DNA of 64,000 nt from Myxococcota bacterium (GTDB lineage Bacteria; Myxococcota; Myxococcia; Myxococcales; Myxococcaceae): positions 62,001 through 126,000 of the forward strand of contig JBMORE010000054.1 in NCBI GenBank assembly GCA_049322255.1. The letters run 5' to 3'. Numbering within the stretch: the first letter of the stretch is position 1; the number at the start of each line of letters is the position of its first letter. The translations under genes and the position numbers were made by a program. The notes under the pieces were generated by a model. It was not told where the DNA came from, made no database searches, and saw nothing but the letters and a program-made list of their open reading frames with translations. Below, one piece after another: positions 9,041 through 19,072 of the stretch.

Positions 9041-9465
9041 TCGCGTTCGACACGAACATCTTGGTCTACGCCCACCGCGCGGACAACGCGTTTCATTCAC
9101 GCGCGCGCGACGTCGTTCGCGCCTCCGCCGAAGGTTCTACCCCGTGGGGGCTTCTTTGGCCTTGTCTCCACGAGTTCGTCGCCATCGTCACCCACCCGCG
9201 CATCTACAAGACCCCCACTCCGCTCGCGCAGGCCCTGCGCCAAGTTCGCGCCTGGCTGACATCGCCCACCGCCGTCGTGCTCGGCGAGGAGCACGGTTAC
9301 TGGGAATGCTACGAGCGCATCGCCGCGGCCGCGCGCATTCAAGGAGCCAAGCTCCACGACGCGCGCATCGCCGCGCTGGCGATCTTCCACCGGGTGGGAA
9401 CGCTCTACACGGCCGACCGCGACTTCAGTCGCTTCGCCGAGCTGAACGTCAATAACCCGCTGTAA
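9037..9465 (+). CDS. vapC: VapC PIN-domain ribonuclease toxin
   Basis: IAFDTNILVY, HEF, HDARIAA, TADRDF. Confidence 0.92.
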   Translation: MIAFDTNILVYAHRADNAFHSRARDVVRASAEGSTPWGLLWPCLHEFVAIVTHPRIYKTPTPLAQALRQVRAWLTSPTAVVLGEEHGYWECYERIAAAARIQGAKLHDARIAALAIFHRVGTLYTADRDFSRFAELNVNNPL

Positions 9466-9469
9466 GCGC

Positions 9470-10012
9470 TTACTCCTCCTCCCCCTTGGTCGACTCCCCG
9501 GGCTTGTCGAAGTAGCCCTTGTAGCCGAGCTTGATCGAGTCGTCGGTGAAGGACTCGCCCCGCTTCTTGTCGACCAGGTACCACTTGCCGCCCTTCTTCC
9601 CCACCAAGTAGCTGGCCATCTCGCCTTCGGCCAGCCCCTTCTCCTCCACTTGGAAGTTGTCCTCGCTGGTCTCCACCACCACCGTCCCCACCGCAGCAGG
9701 GCGGGCGCCGGTCACCTTGAGCTCCTTCAGGTAGTAGCTGGCCTTCTCGTGGTACCAGGGAGCCATCGGGTGGTCCTCCTTCCCCAGCCGCTTCTTGCGC
9801 TCGGCGATGGCTTTCACCGTGTCGGGGTGGAGAAACTTTTTCGCCTCGGCCCATTTCTTGGCCTTCACCGCGGCGAGGTATTTGCCGACGAGCTCTTGGG
9901 CAGCCTTCACCTCGGGCGCCGGGGAGCCCGCTTCGCCGACGTCGCCTTGCGCGAAGACGAGGGCGGGAATCAAAAGACCTGCGGACAAAAGGACGTGAGC
10001 GTTCATGGACAT
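9470..10012 (-). CDS. Exported hypothetical protein
   Basis: Signal peptide, host-like codon usage. Confidence 0.7.
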   Translation of the reverse strand: MSMNAHVLLSAGLLIPALVFAQGDVGEAGSPAPEVKAAQELVGKYLAAVKAKKWAEAKKFLHPDTVKAIAERKKRLGKEDHPMAPWYHEKASYYLKELKVTGARPAAVGTVVVETSEDNFQVEEKGLAEGEMASYLVGKKGGKWYLVDKKRGESFTDDSIKLGYKGYFDKPGESTKGEEE

Positions 10013-10080
10013 GGCAGTTTTACCAACGAAGTTTTCCTCGCTCCACCCCGCGCAGCCGAAGTGTATGCTCCGGCATCACC

Positions 10081-12348
10081 TTGGGTTCCAAAGACTCCGT
10101 CAACGTCCTCATCGTCGATGACGATCGCGCCGTGCAGCGGCTGCTCGCCGATGCCTTGACCAAGCAGGGCTTCACCGTCACCGTCGAGCGCGACGGCGAC
10201 TGGGCGCTCAAGACCTTCGAGAAGAAGCACTTCGACGTCGTCTTGCTCGACCTTCTGTTGCCCGCCCTCAACGGCTACGAGGTCGCGCGCAAGATGCGCG
10301 GCACCCTCAAAGGGAAACGCACGCCGATCATCATGATCTCCGGCGTCTACAAGACGGCGCTTCATCAAAAAGAGGCGATGAGCAAGCACGGCGCCTTCGC
10401 CTTCATCGAAAAGCCGATGCGGCTTTCGACGCTGTACCAGACGCTCAAGAAGGCGCTGGGTGACAAATACCCCGTCCTCGGCACTGCCGCCCCGCCCCCG
10501 GCCGCGGAGGAGGACGCCGCCAGCGAGCACCTGGCCGACCCGGTGGCCCACGAAGAGGTCACCCACGTCGAGACCCAGACGCGCCAGAGCAACGCCACGA
10601 CCTTTCAGTCCATCCGGGGGGACCTCGACCAAAAACCCTTCCCCGAGGTGCTCGCCGAGGTCTACCGCTGGAGGGGGACGGGCGCCCTGCTCATGCACCG
10701 CGCCAAGGTGAAGAAGATCGTCTACTTCCGCGAGGGCCGGCCGCAGTCGATCAAGAGCAACCTGCTCTCGGAATGCCTGGGCCGGGTGATGGTGCGCGAG
10801 AAAATGATCTCCGAGGCCGAGTGCGAAGAATCGCTCAAGCGGATGAAGGCCTCCAACCGCCAACAGGGCACGGTGCTGATCGAGATGGGCTGCATCAGCC
10901 CGAACAACCTCGTCTACGCCCTCACCTTGCAGCTGCAGACCAAGCTCTTCGACGTCTTCAGCTGGGAAACGGGCGAGTACCAGTTCAACCCCAAAGTCTC
11001 TCCGCCTCCCGAGACGGTGAACCTCGAGATGACCACCGCGGCGATCATCTACGACGGCGTGCGGCGCAGCTTCGACCAGGCGAGGCTGGCACGCGCGCTC
11101 GGCGAGGTCGACGGCCTGTTCGCCCACCCGAGTGAATCCCCGCTCTACGCCCTGCAAGACGCGGGGCTGGGTGAGGAGGAGCAGCAGCTCCTCCAAGCCG
11201 CCGACGGGCACAAGACGGTGGCGACCTTACGCGCCCTCGCCGTCCTCCCACCGCTGGAAACCAACCGCTTCCTCTACGCGATGAAGTGCGCGCAGATGAT
11301 CGAGCTCAAGGACAAGCCGGCGGAAGGCAAGCCCAAGCCGTCCATCGCCAAGCTCGCCGAGGGCATGGCGCGCCCACCTCCGCTCCCTTCGGCACCTTCG
11401 ATGCCAAGCGAGGGGAAGGGTGCGCCCTCAACGGGTGAACCACCGCTGCCGATGCCTTGGGGAGACGCGGGGCCAACTGAGACCCACCCGGCGATGCCAC
11501 CGAGCATGCCGACGTCGGCGAGGCCCAAAAAGAAGGCGGGCCTGCCGCCCCACCCTCCCGATCCCCCGCCCGCGCGTGAGCCAGTCATCGCCCGTGCCGC
11601 GGGTGCGCTCCTGCCCGAGGTGCCTTCTGGGCTTTCCGGCCTCGACCTGGTGGGGGAAGAGAGCCTCATCCGCGAGCGGCTGGTGAACAAGGTGGCCCAG
11701 CTGCGCAAGATGGACTACTTCGAGATTCTCGGGGTCTCCACCAACGCTTCCCGGGAGGAGATCAAACGCGCCTACTTCGCCTTGGCCAAGGAGTACCACC
11801 CGGACAAGCACTTCGGCTCGGCCTCGGCCGAGATTCGCCAGCTCGCAGGGCAGATCTACGACTTGGTTTCCTCCGCGCACGACACGCTGTGCATGCCGGA
11901 AGAACGCGAGCGCTACGTCAAAGAGCTCGCCGCCGGGGTCAAGCGCGACGTGAACGACGAGGTGAGCCGCATTCTCGCCGCTGAAGGGAAGTTCCAAAAA
12001 GGCGAAGAGCTCTTGCGCCAGCGCGGCTACAAGGCGGCGCACCAATACTTCCAGGAAGCCATCGAGCTCTACCCAGAGGAGGGAGAGTTCCACGCCTACT
12101 TGGGCTGGAGCCTCTTCCAGCTCGATCCGCAAAGCGAGGCGAGCACGACCACCGCGCTCTCTTCGCTGGAGAAGGCGATTTCCTTAAACCCCAAGCTGGA
12201 CAAGAGCTACCTGTTCGCCGGGTACATCTACAAGGCCACCGGCCGGCCCGACAAAGCCGAGCGCCAGTTCGAGAAGGCCATTCAGTGCAACCCCGACTGC
12301 ACCGAGGCCCTGCGCGAGCTGCGCATCTTGGGGCAGGGGCGGCGTTAG
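10081..12348 (+). CDS. Response regulator with DUF4388-like, J-domain and TPR modules
   Basis: N-terminal receiver (LIVDDD, LLDLLLP, KP), Pro-rich linker, DYFEILGV..YHPDK J domain, C-terminal TPRs. Confidence 0.88.
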   Translation: MGSKDSVNVLIVDDDRAVQRLLADALTKQGFTVTVERDGDWALKTFEKKHFDVVLLDLLLPALNGYEVARKMRGTLKGKRTPIIMISGVYKTALHQKEAMSKHGAFAFIEKPMRLSTLYQTLKKALGDKYPVLGTAAPPPAAEEDAASEHLADPVAHEEVTHVETQTRQSNATTFQSIRGDLDQKPFPEVLAEVYRWRGTGALLMHRAKVKKIVYFREGRPQSIKSNLLSECLGRVMVREKMISEAECEESLKRMKASNRQQGTVLIEMGCISPNNLVYALTLQLQTKLFDVFSWETGEYQFNPKVSPPPETVNLEMTTAAIIYDGVRRSFDQARLARALGEVDGLFAHPSESPLYALQDAGLGEEEQQLLQAADGHKTVATLRALAVLPPLETNRFLYAMKCAQMIELKDKPAEGKPKPSIAKLAEGMARPPPLPSAPSMPSEGKGAPSTGEPPLPMPWGDAGPTETHPAMPPSMPTSARPKKKAGLPPHPPDPPPAREPVIARAAGALLPEVPSGLSGLDLVGEESLIRERLVNKVAQLRKMDYFEILGVSTNASREEIKRAYFALAKEYHPDKHFGSASAEIRQLAGQIYDLVSSAHDTLCMPEERERYVKELAAGVKRDVNDEVSRILAAEGKFQKGEELLRQRGYKAAHQYFQEAIELYPEEGEFHAYLGWSLFQLDPQSEASTTTALSSLEKAISLNPKLDKSYLFAGYIYKATGRPDKAERQFEKAIQCNPDCTEALRELRILGQGRR

Positions 12349-12358
12349 AACTCCCCAC

Positions 12359-13777
12359 GTGCGCCTCAAGGAACGCTTTCAAATCACCCGCCCCCTCGAG
12401 GAGATGGAGGTGGCCCTGGTGCGCGCCGCCGAGCGCTCGCCTTCCCTGGTCGACTCCAAGGAGGAGGCCGTCTTACGCACCGCCCTCTCGCTCGCCCGTC
12501 TGTACAAGGTGCGTCACGCGGGGCGGGACGTGGGCGTGGGCGCGTTCCTCACCCCGTTTCGTGAGGATGTGACCAAGAGACTCGCCCCGGTGCTCTTGGG
12601 CAAGCGAAAGATTTCGCGAGAAGAGCTGCTCCCCTTGCTGAGCGATCTGGAGGACCGCACGGTCCACACCCGGGACGAGCTCTTTCGCCGCTTCGCCAAC
12701 CGCCTGCCCGCCGAGGCCATCGACCGCGAGCTGCGCCACAAGGCGCTGGTGCTCGTCTCCGGCGGCGGCGGGGGCACCGGCTACGTCTACGTGGGGGTGA
12801 TGGCGCTGCTCGAGGAGCTCGGCCTGCGCCCCTCGCTCTTGGTGGGCACGTCGATCGGCGCCGTTCTCTCGCTGTTCCGCTCGCGCATGCGCCGCTTCGA
12901 CCAGGCCGAGATGGTCAACATCGTGCGCGGGCTGTCGTGGAAGAAGCTCTTTCGCGCCATCTCCGCGGAGAGCCGCTATGGGCTGCCGGCTGCCCTGCGG
13001 CTGTTCCTGCGCGCGGGCATCGGCCGCTATTTCGACGCCGCGCCCGAGTCGACCGATGCGGGGCTGAGGCTGTCCGACCTGCCGGTGCCGACCATCATCA
13101 GCGTGAGCGGCATTCGCGCCGGCATGCTGCCGCGGCCGATGGAGTTCTACGAGCGGGTGCTCTCCCTCTCACCCAGGGCGCTCTTGTCGCCCATCGCGGT
13201 CGCCTCGCACCTGCAAGAGGCGATGTCCGCCATGGGGGAGTTCATCACCCGCCCGGAGATCATGGTGAAGCTGCACCTGGGCGCCGACCCGATGACCCGC
13301 GAGTTCGACGCGCTCGACGCCGCCGGGTTCTCCTCGGCGTTGCCGGGGGTGATCCACTACGACGTCTTGCGGGAGGACGCCCGCATGCACGAGCTGCTCC
13401 TTTCGCTGTTCGCCGCGCGCGGCATCTTCCGGCTCATCGACGGCGGCTTGGTCGACAACCTGCCGGCGAAGGCCGCGTGGCGGGCGGTGCACAAGGGCCA
13501 CATCGGCACCCGCAACGCGTTCATCCTCGGTCTCAACGGCTTTGCCCCCAAGCTCGCCACCCCCCTGTGGTTGCCCCTACAGCGGCTGGCGGAGGTCACG
13601 GTGGCGCCCAACCGCCCCTACGCGCACCTGATCAAGGACTTCAAGAAGACCCTCTCCCCGCTCGAGCTGGTGCCCTCGGTGGAGGAGATCACCCGCGCGG
13701 TGGAGCTGGGCCGGTCGCAGCTTTCCGAGGACGTGCCCTTTCTTTCGCGCATGCTCGCCCCGCTGCCGCGGCTGTAA
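12359..13777 (+). CDS. Patatin-like phospholipase
   Basis: SGGGGTG, GTSIG, DGG motifs. Confidence 0.85.
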   Translation: MRLKERFQITRPLEEMEVALVRAAERSPSLVDSKEEAVLRTALSLARLYKVRHAGRDVGVGAFLTPFREDVTKRLAPVLLGKRKISREELLPLLSDLEDRTVHTRDELFRRFANRLPAEAIDRELRHKALVLVSGGGGGTGYVYVGVMALLEELGLRPSLLVGTSIGAVLSLFRSRMRRFDQAEMVNIVRGLSWKKLFRAISAESRYGLPAALRLFLRAGIGRYFDAAPESTDAGLRLSDLPVPTIISVSGIRAGMLPRPMEFYERVLSLSPRALLSPIAVASHLQEAMSAMGEFITRPEIMVKLHLGADPMTREFDALDAAGFSSALPGVIHYDVLREDARMHELLLSLFAARGIFRLIDGGLVDNLPAKAAWRAVHKGHIGTRNAFILGLNGFAPKLATPLWLPLQRLAEVTVAPNRPYAHLIKDFKKTLSPLELVPSVEEITRAVELGRSQLSEDVPFLSRMLAPLPRL

Positions 13778-13866
13778 ATCGACCGGGAGCACGGCCGCTC
13801 TCGCTTTGAGCCCCGGTTCTTTTATGGCATAGGGCCAAGGCCTTCCTCCCAACCCAAGGAGCGCGC

Positions 13867-14814
13867 GTGAGCTCGACGTCCAATAAAGTCCTGGTCGCCG
13901 ACAAGGTCTGGCTCGACGGGAAGCTCGTCAAGTGGGAGGAGGGCCAGGTGCCGATCATGACCCACGCTCTCCACTATGGGCTGGGAGTGTTCGAGGGCAT
14001 TCGGGCTTACAAGACGAAGGACGGGCGGCTGGCCGTCTACCGCCTGCGCGAGCACGTTCGCCGGCTGCTCGACTCGGCGCACATCGTGATGCTGAAGCTG
14101 CCCTACACCGAGGAGCAGCTGTGCGAGGCGTGCCTCGAGCTGTTGCGCGCGCAAAAAGACCGCTTCGCCCACGGGGCTTACCTACGTCCCATCGCCTTCA
14201 TGGGCGACGGAGCGATGGGCTTGGGCGCGGTCAACCCCACCCGGGTGGCGATCACCGCATGGGACTGGGGGGCCTACCTGGGCGAGCAGGGGCTACGCGA
14301 GGGCATTCGCGCCAAGGTGAGCTCCTTCACCCGCATGCACGTGAACGTGAACATGGTGAGGGGGAAGATCACCGGCCAGTACGTCAACTCGATTCTCGCC
14401 AAGCGCGAGGTGGTGGTGGCGGGCTACGACGAGGCGATCATGCTCGACATCTCGGGCTTCGTGGCCGAGGCCTCGGGGGAGAACATCTTCATGGTCAACC
14501 GCTGGGGGGTGATTCGCACCCCACCCCTCTCCTCGCCGATCCTCGCCGGCATCACCCGCGACTCGGTGATTCGCATCTTGCGCGACATGGGCAAAAGCGT
14601 GGAGGAGCTCACCTTCACCCGCGACGCGCTCTACATTGCCACCGAGATCTTCCTCACCGGCACCGCCGCCGAAATCACCCCGGTGCGCGAGGTGGACAAC
14701 CGCCAGGTGGGCACGGGAAAAGTCGGGGCGATCACCCAGTTGGTGCAGGAGGCCTTCCACCGCGTGACACGAGGCCACGAAGAGAAGTACGCCGAGTGGC
14801 TCACCTACGTGTAG
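13867..14814 (+). CDS. ilvE: Branched-chain amino acid aminotransferase
   Basis: HALHYGLGVFEGIRAY, K.TGQY, EASGENIF, LAGITR, TGTAAE. Confidence 0.95.
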   Translation: MSSTSNKVLVADKVWLDGKLVKWEEGQVPIMTHALHYGLGVFEGIRAYKTKDGRLAVYRLREHVRRLLDSAHIVMLKLPYTEEQLCEACLELLRAQKDRFAHGAYLRPIAFMGDGAMGLGAVNPTRVAITAWDWGAYLGEQGLREGIRAKVSSFTRMHVNVNMVRGKITGQYVNSILAKREVVVAGYDEAIMLDISGFVAEASGENIFMVNRWGVIRTPPLSSPILAGITRDSVIRILRDMGKSVEELTFTRDALYIATEIFLTGTAAEITPVREVDNRQVGTGKVGAITQLVQEAFHRVTRGHEEKYAEWLTYV

Positions 14815-14824
14815 GCCCGCGAGG

Positions 14825-15060
14825 TCACCGCTTTTTCGAAGTTTAAGCCCGCCTTCACGCACGACGGAGAACCGTCCCACCAAGCGTTCGCCTGCAGCGG
14901 CGATCGCGTTCTCGACGGCGGCAGATACATTGCTGGGAAGGCTGCGCTTGAGGCGCAGAAAAATCACTCCGGAATGCGGCAAGCGCCGCGCATGGACCAA
15001 GGCTCCGAAGTCCTTGTCCTCAGTTATCAGGATGCGCGAACCGGCGTGTGCGTGCCGCAT
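14825..15060 (-). pseudogene. DUF5615 (PIN-like) toxin remnant, N-terminal half missing, no nearby stop
   Basis: RILITEDKDFGALVH...GVIFLRL...GRFSVV fragment beginning inside the 3' end of the DUF433 gene. Confidence 0.7.
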
Positions 15061-15238
15061 ACTCGAGACACGCCCGGACATCTTCCTCCGTTAGGTGGGG
15101 ATACTCCACCAGGAGATCCTTGACGGTCATGCCCTGCGACAAGAGCGTGAGAACTCGCTCTACCGTCACACGTGTGCCCTGAACCACGGGCTTGCCGCCC
15201 ATGACGCCCGGATTTACGGCAATGCGATCGCTGCTCAC
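15020..15238 (-). CDS. DUF433 antitoxin
   Basis: RIAVNPGVMGGKPVVQGTRVTV...YPHLTEEDVRACLEYAA. Confidence 0.88.
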   Translation of the reverse strand: MSSDRIAVNPGVMGGKPVVQGTRVTVERVLTLLSQGMTVKDLLVEYPHLTEEDVRACLEYAARTRRFAHPDN

Positions 15239-15343
15239 GCAATCAAATCTATTCGCCGGGCCATGCAATGGCCAGCCAGGACCGAAAGCCGGAGCGTCGA
15301 GCCGTACATCGGCGCGGCGACGGTAGGTTGTGTCATCAGTCCG

Positions 15344-15712
15344 TCAAGGTGATTCTGGTGGACTGGCTTGATTTCCAGGTGTTCCCGATTCGGGTTTGTC
15401 GAGGAAGAAGACATACTCGTCGTCATAGTCGAGCAGCCACGGAATGCCGATGAGGAGAATCGCGCGCGGAATTGTCGAAGCGGTGAACTTTCTACGCCTC
15501 AGCTCAGTTTCTATTGGAGTGAGGCCTTCTTTTTCTAGGCGCACCTTCATTGGTGAAAACACAGTTCGACGGTCCGAATAGCGCGTTGGTGTCACACCCA
15601 CCGGAGTTCCATCGATGTAAAGCCTTACCCCAGGCGGATCCGTACGAATAACCGTTGCACTGGCGCATCCCAGAGCCGTGAACGCAACGCACAATATGAG
15701 GATTCGCTGCAT
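15344..15712 (-). CDS. PEGA-domain lipoprotein (lower GC)
   Basis: Lipobox ALGC; IRTDPPGVRLYIDG..VGVTP. Confidence 0.75.
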   Translation of the reverse strand: MQRILILCVAFTALGCASATVIRTDPPGVRLYIDGTPVGVTPTRYSDRRTVFSPMKVRLEKEGLTPIETELRRRKFTASTIPRAILLIGIPWLLDYDDEYVFFLDKPESGTPGNQASPPESP

Positions 15713-15818
15713 GTCCCCTCCAGAAGCGAGTTCCACGCAGGCTAGAAAAAAAAAGCAGGAGTTCAACCTGACGCATTGGTAGATGAGCGGCACCGTGCCG
15801 CATCGCTCGTGCCCCCGG

Positions 15819-16253
15819 TCATTCCCCCCGCCAGAGTGAAAATCCGGCGAGGAAAAAATCGTGGTCGAAGCTCAGCGCCACGCCGCATCGGTGCGCCTTC
15901 ATCACCGCGAAGCTGGTCGCATCCGCATAGCTGATGACTTGATCTCCGAGCGTGGAGAGCCATTCCTGGGCCTCCCGGTGAATCTGAGGGTCCGCGTACT
16001 TCACCAAGACGCTGGGGCTCGCATCGATGCGCTCCAGCGCGGCGGCGGCGGGCTTGATCCCTGCCCGAAAGAGAAGGAGCCGGTGGACCTCGGCGAGGAC
16101 GAGGTTGGTGGTGAGGAGAGGGATTTTTCGAAGAATGGCCGCACGCAAAAGCCGGTCGGCCTCAGAGTGCACATTGTCTCTCGCGCTGAAGAACGCGAGC
16201 CAAACGCCGCTATCGACGAACAGTCTTGCGGGTACGTCGCTTAGGCTTGCCAT
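15819..16253 (-). CDS. vapC: VapC PIN-domain toxin
   Basis: LFVDSG, VLAE, SYADATSF, SFDHDF. Confidence 0.88.
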   Translation of the reverse strand: MASLSDVPARLFVDSGVWLAFFSARDNVHSEADRLLRAAILRKIPLLTTNLVLAEVHRLLLFRAGIKPAAAALERIDASPSVLVKYADPQIHREAQEWLSTLGDQVISYADATSFAVMKAHRCGVALSFDHDFFLAGFSLWRGE

Positions 16254-16506
16254 GGCCGTAAGTCGGTGGAGGTTCTGCGACGTAGGTGGCCCTCAAATTC
16301 TCGTCAAACCGCTCGCACAGATCCGCGGGAAGGCCCTCGATCATCCCACTCGCGGAAAGAAGCGGGTCTTCACTCGTCGCGGGTCGGGTCAGCGCCTTCA
16401 AGGCCACCCGAACGGTTTGAGACAAGGTCCAACCGCGTTCCTTGGCCCAAGCCTGGAGCGCCTGAAAGTCCGCATCGCCAAGATAGACTTGAAGGGCGTG
16501 ATTCAT
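16210..16506 (-). CDS. RHH/CopG-type antitoxin
   Basis: LQVYL..LQAWAKERGWTLSQTVRVAL; upstream of and overlapping the PIN gene. Confidence 0.8.
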   Translation of the reverse strand: MNHALQVYLGDADFQALQAWAKERGWTLSQTVRVALKALTRPATSEDPLLSASGMIEGLPADLCERFDENLRATYVAEPPPTYGHGKPKRRTRKTVRR

Positions 16507-16512
16507 GCGCCC

Positions 16513-16554
16513 ACGGTATTCATTCATGAACCAATCGTCAACTTGTTCATGAAC
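16513..16554 (-). promoter_or_regulatory. Sigma-70 promoter with two operator palindromes
   Basis: Minus strand TTGACG-17nt-TACCGT ending 6 nt before the ATG; GTTCATGAAC/GTTCATGAAT palindromes flank the -35. Confidence 0.65.
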
Positions 16555-16610
16555 CCGCCGACGACGTCGAGGGCTTTAGGAGGGTTCGCACCCTGCTAGA
16601 GTCCTTCTTC

Positions 16611-18035
16611 GTGGCTCCCTCGCGCAAAGCCCCGACCTTGGACGACGACGACAACCTGGAAACCGGGCAGCTTCCGCCACCACCCCGGGGCAAGCACCCG
16701 GGCACCCGGGTGGCACGGTCGGTGCCCAACCCGTTCAACCTCGAGAACCCCTCGATTCTCGACATCGCTCCCGCCGAGCCCAAGTCCCTCGAAGAAGCGG
16801 GGCTGAAGATCGGCCTGCTCTCGGACATCGCGCTCAAGTTCCTCTACTACTCGGGCAGCTGCACCGGCCTGGAGATCGCCCAGGAGATGCGTCTGCCGTG
16901 GACGGGGGTGGTGGAGAAGGTGATCGACTTTTTGGCGGAGGAGAAGCTCACCGACCTGCGTGGCGGCAAGGGCTTCGGGCGCGCCTCGATCGAGTTCATG
17001 CTCACCGAGAAGGGGCGCGAGTACGCCCGCGACGCGCTCGGCCGCAACACCTACGTGGGCCCGGCTCCGGTACCCATCGAGCAGTACAACGCGCTCATCA
17101 CCGCCCAGAGCCAGGAGAACCCTGTCGTCAGCCGCGAAGACGTGATGATGGCCATCGCGCACCTCACCGTGCCCTCCTCGCTCACCGACAAGTTGGGGCC
17201 GGCGGTGAACTCCAGCCGCTCACTCTTTCTCTACGGGCCCTCGGGCAACGGCAAGACCTCGATCGCCGAGGCGATCTCGGGCATGTACGGGGGTGAGGCC
17301 TACGTGCCTCACTGCCTGGAGATCGACAACCAGGTCATCAAAGTCTTCGACTTGCTCAACCACAACCCCATCTCTCTGGAGATCGGTCGCGACGCCAACG
17401 GCCGCCGCCAAACCTTCGAGATGGACAACCGCTGGCTGCTCTGCCGCCGCCCCGCGGTGATCGTCGGTGGCGAGCTCACCTTAGAGACGCTCGACCTCAT
17501 CTACTCGGAGAGCGCGCGCTTCTACGAGGCCCCCTTCCAAGTGAAAGCCAACGGCGGCATGTTGCTCATCGACGACTTCGGCCGGCAGAAGGTCCACGCC
17601 ACCGACTTGCTCAACCGGTGGATCGTCCCTCTGGAGAAGCGGGTCGACTTCCTCACCCTGCACACCGGCAAGAAGTTCGAAATCCCCTTCGACCAGCTCA
17701 TCGTCTTCTCCACCAACTTGGACCCCAAGGAGCTGGTGGACGAGGCCTTCTTGCGCCGCATCAAATACAAAATCGAGGTGGGTAACCCCGACGAGAAGAG
17801 CTACCGCACCATCTTCCGCCGGGTGTGCGAAGCGGCGGGCATCCCTTACGTCGACCAAGCGGTGACCTACCTCATCGAGCAGTACTACAAGCCGCGCTCC
17901 ATGGACTTGCGGGCCTGCCACCCGCGCGATCTGGTGCAGCTCATCAAAGACGCGGCGCGCTATCGGCAAATCCCTCCGGCGCTGTCCAAGGAGCTGCTCG
18001 ACCAGGCCTGTCAGGTCTTCTTGGTCGACTTGTGA
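16611..18035 (+). CDS. AAA+ family ATPase
   Basis: Walker A GPSGNGKT, Walker B LLIDDFG, FSTN, AFLRR. Confidence 0.88.
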   Translation: MAPSRKAPTLDDDDNLETGQLPPPPRGKHPGTRVARSVPNPFNLENPSILDIAPAEPKSLEEAGLKIGLLSDIALKFLYYSGSCTGLEIAQEMRLPWTGVVEKVIDFLAEEKLTDLRGGKGFGRASIEFMLTEKGREYARDALGRNTYVGPAPVPIEQYNALITAQSQENPVVSREDVMMAIAHLTVPSSLTDKLGPAVNSSRSLFLYGPSGNGKTSIAEAISGMYGGEAYVPHCLEIDNQVIKVFDLLNHNPISLEIGRDANGRRQTFEMDNRWLLCRRPAVIVGGELTLETLDLIYSESARFYEAPFQVKANGGMLLIDDFGRQKVHATDLLNRWIVPLEKRVDFLTLHTGKKFEIPFDQLIVFSTNLDPKELVDEAFLRRIKYKIEVGNPDEKSYRTIFRRVCEAAGIPYVDQAVTYLIEQYYKPRSMDLRACHPRDLVQLIKDAARYRQIPPALSKELLDQACQVFLVDL

Positions 18036-18137
18036 ACCAGGCGAAAGCTCCTTGTCCTAACTGCGCGAAATCTCTACACTGCGTCGCCCGTTTTCGTCCG
18101 GCGAACGTTCTGCCGCCCCCCAAGGAGCCCGCATCTC

Positions 18138-18980
18138 GTGAAGGAACGCTACCAGGAGATCGACGACAAGAACGAGGTATTGCGCGGGTACCTCACCGGG
18201 TCACGCACGCGCACGAGCGCTCAAGAGTTCCTCGAGCGCTTCCAGATGTCGTGGATTTACCACGACAGCGCGCTGGAGGGCGTCATCTACACTCCCCAGG
18301 AGCTGGCGGCGGCGCTGCACCCCGGGGTGATGGCGGCCGAAGCCTCGCTGATGCCGATCATCCTCGAGATTCGCAACCACAAGGCGGTGGTCGACTACAT
18401 TCGCGAGGAGGCAAAGGCGGCGAGCAAGAAGCAAGCGGCCATCACCTTGACGATGCTCAAACGCATGCACGACCTGCTCTCCGGCAACACCCCCGAGGCG
18501 CAGGCCGCGCGCGCCGCCACCGAGCGGCGGGAGAAGAGCGAAAAGGAGCTGGCGAAGGAAAAGGAAAAGGCCGGCTATCGCAAGGACATGCCCTTGCACC
18601 GCACGTACTTCCACGACATCGCCCAGCCGCCGAAGATCCCCGCGCTTTTGGAGAAGCTGGTCGACTTCACCGCCAGCGCCGAGTTTCGCGAGCAGCACCC
18701 CATTCACCAGGCGGCGGCGGTGCAGCACCAGCTCATCGGAATTTTCCCGTTCGCGGAGCACTCCGGGAAGATTGGCCGCATGTGCACCAACCTCGTGCTT
18801 TTGCGCCACGGCTATCTGCCTTGCGTCATTCACTCCATCGATCGGCAGAAGTACTACGAGGCGTTTCGCGGGCCGCTGCCTGCGTTCCGCTCCCTGCTGA
18901 TGGACGCGATGGAGAACTCGCTGGACAACGGCATCAAGTTTTTTCGCGATGCCGCTCGGAAGTACAAGGCGATCAACTGA
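18138..18980 (+). CDS. Fic-family protein with degenerate motif
   Basis: WIYHDSALEG, EIRNH, FPFAEHSGKIGR in place of HPFxDGNGRxxR. Confidence 0.8.
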   Translation: MKERYQEIDDKNEVLRGYLTGSRTRTSAQEFLERFQMSWIYHDSALEGVIYTPQELAAALHPGVMAAEASLMPIILEIRNHKAVVDYIREEAKAASKKQAAITLTMLKRMHDLLSGNTPEAQAARAATERREKSEKELAKEKEKAGYRKDMPLHRTYFHDIAQPPKIPALLEKLVDFTASAEFREQHPIHQAAAVQHQLIGIFPFAEHSGKIGRMCTNLVLLRHGYLPCVIHSIDRQKYYEAFRGPLPAFRSLLMDAMENSLDNGIKFFRDAARKYKAIN

Positions 18981-19072
18981 GGGTACGTTCGGCCGGCCAG
19001 GCACCAAGGGCCGGCGCTGGTTTCGGTCGGCCGCGGGCGTTACGGTGAAAAACGTAGGAGCACCAACGATTC

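Noticed and set aside
7580..9465. Integron-like cassette array (Hint, VOC, VapBC; also 14815-16600)
   Set aside because: Mixed orientations, no attC-like imperfect palindromes recognised and no intI
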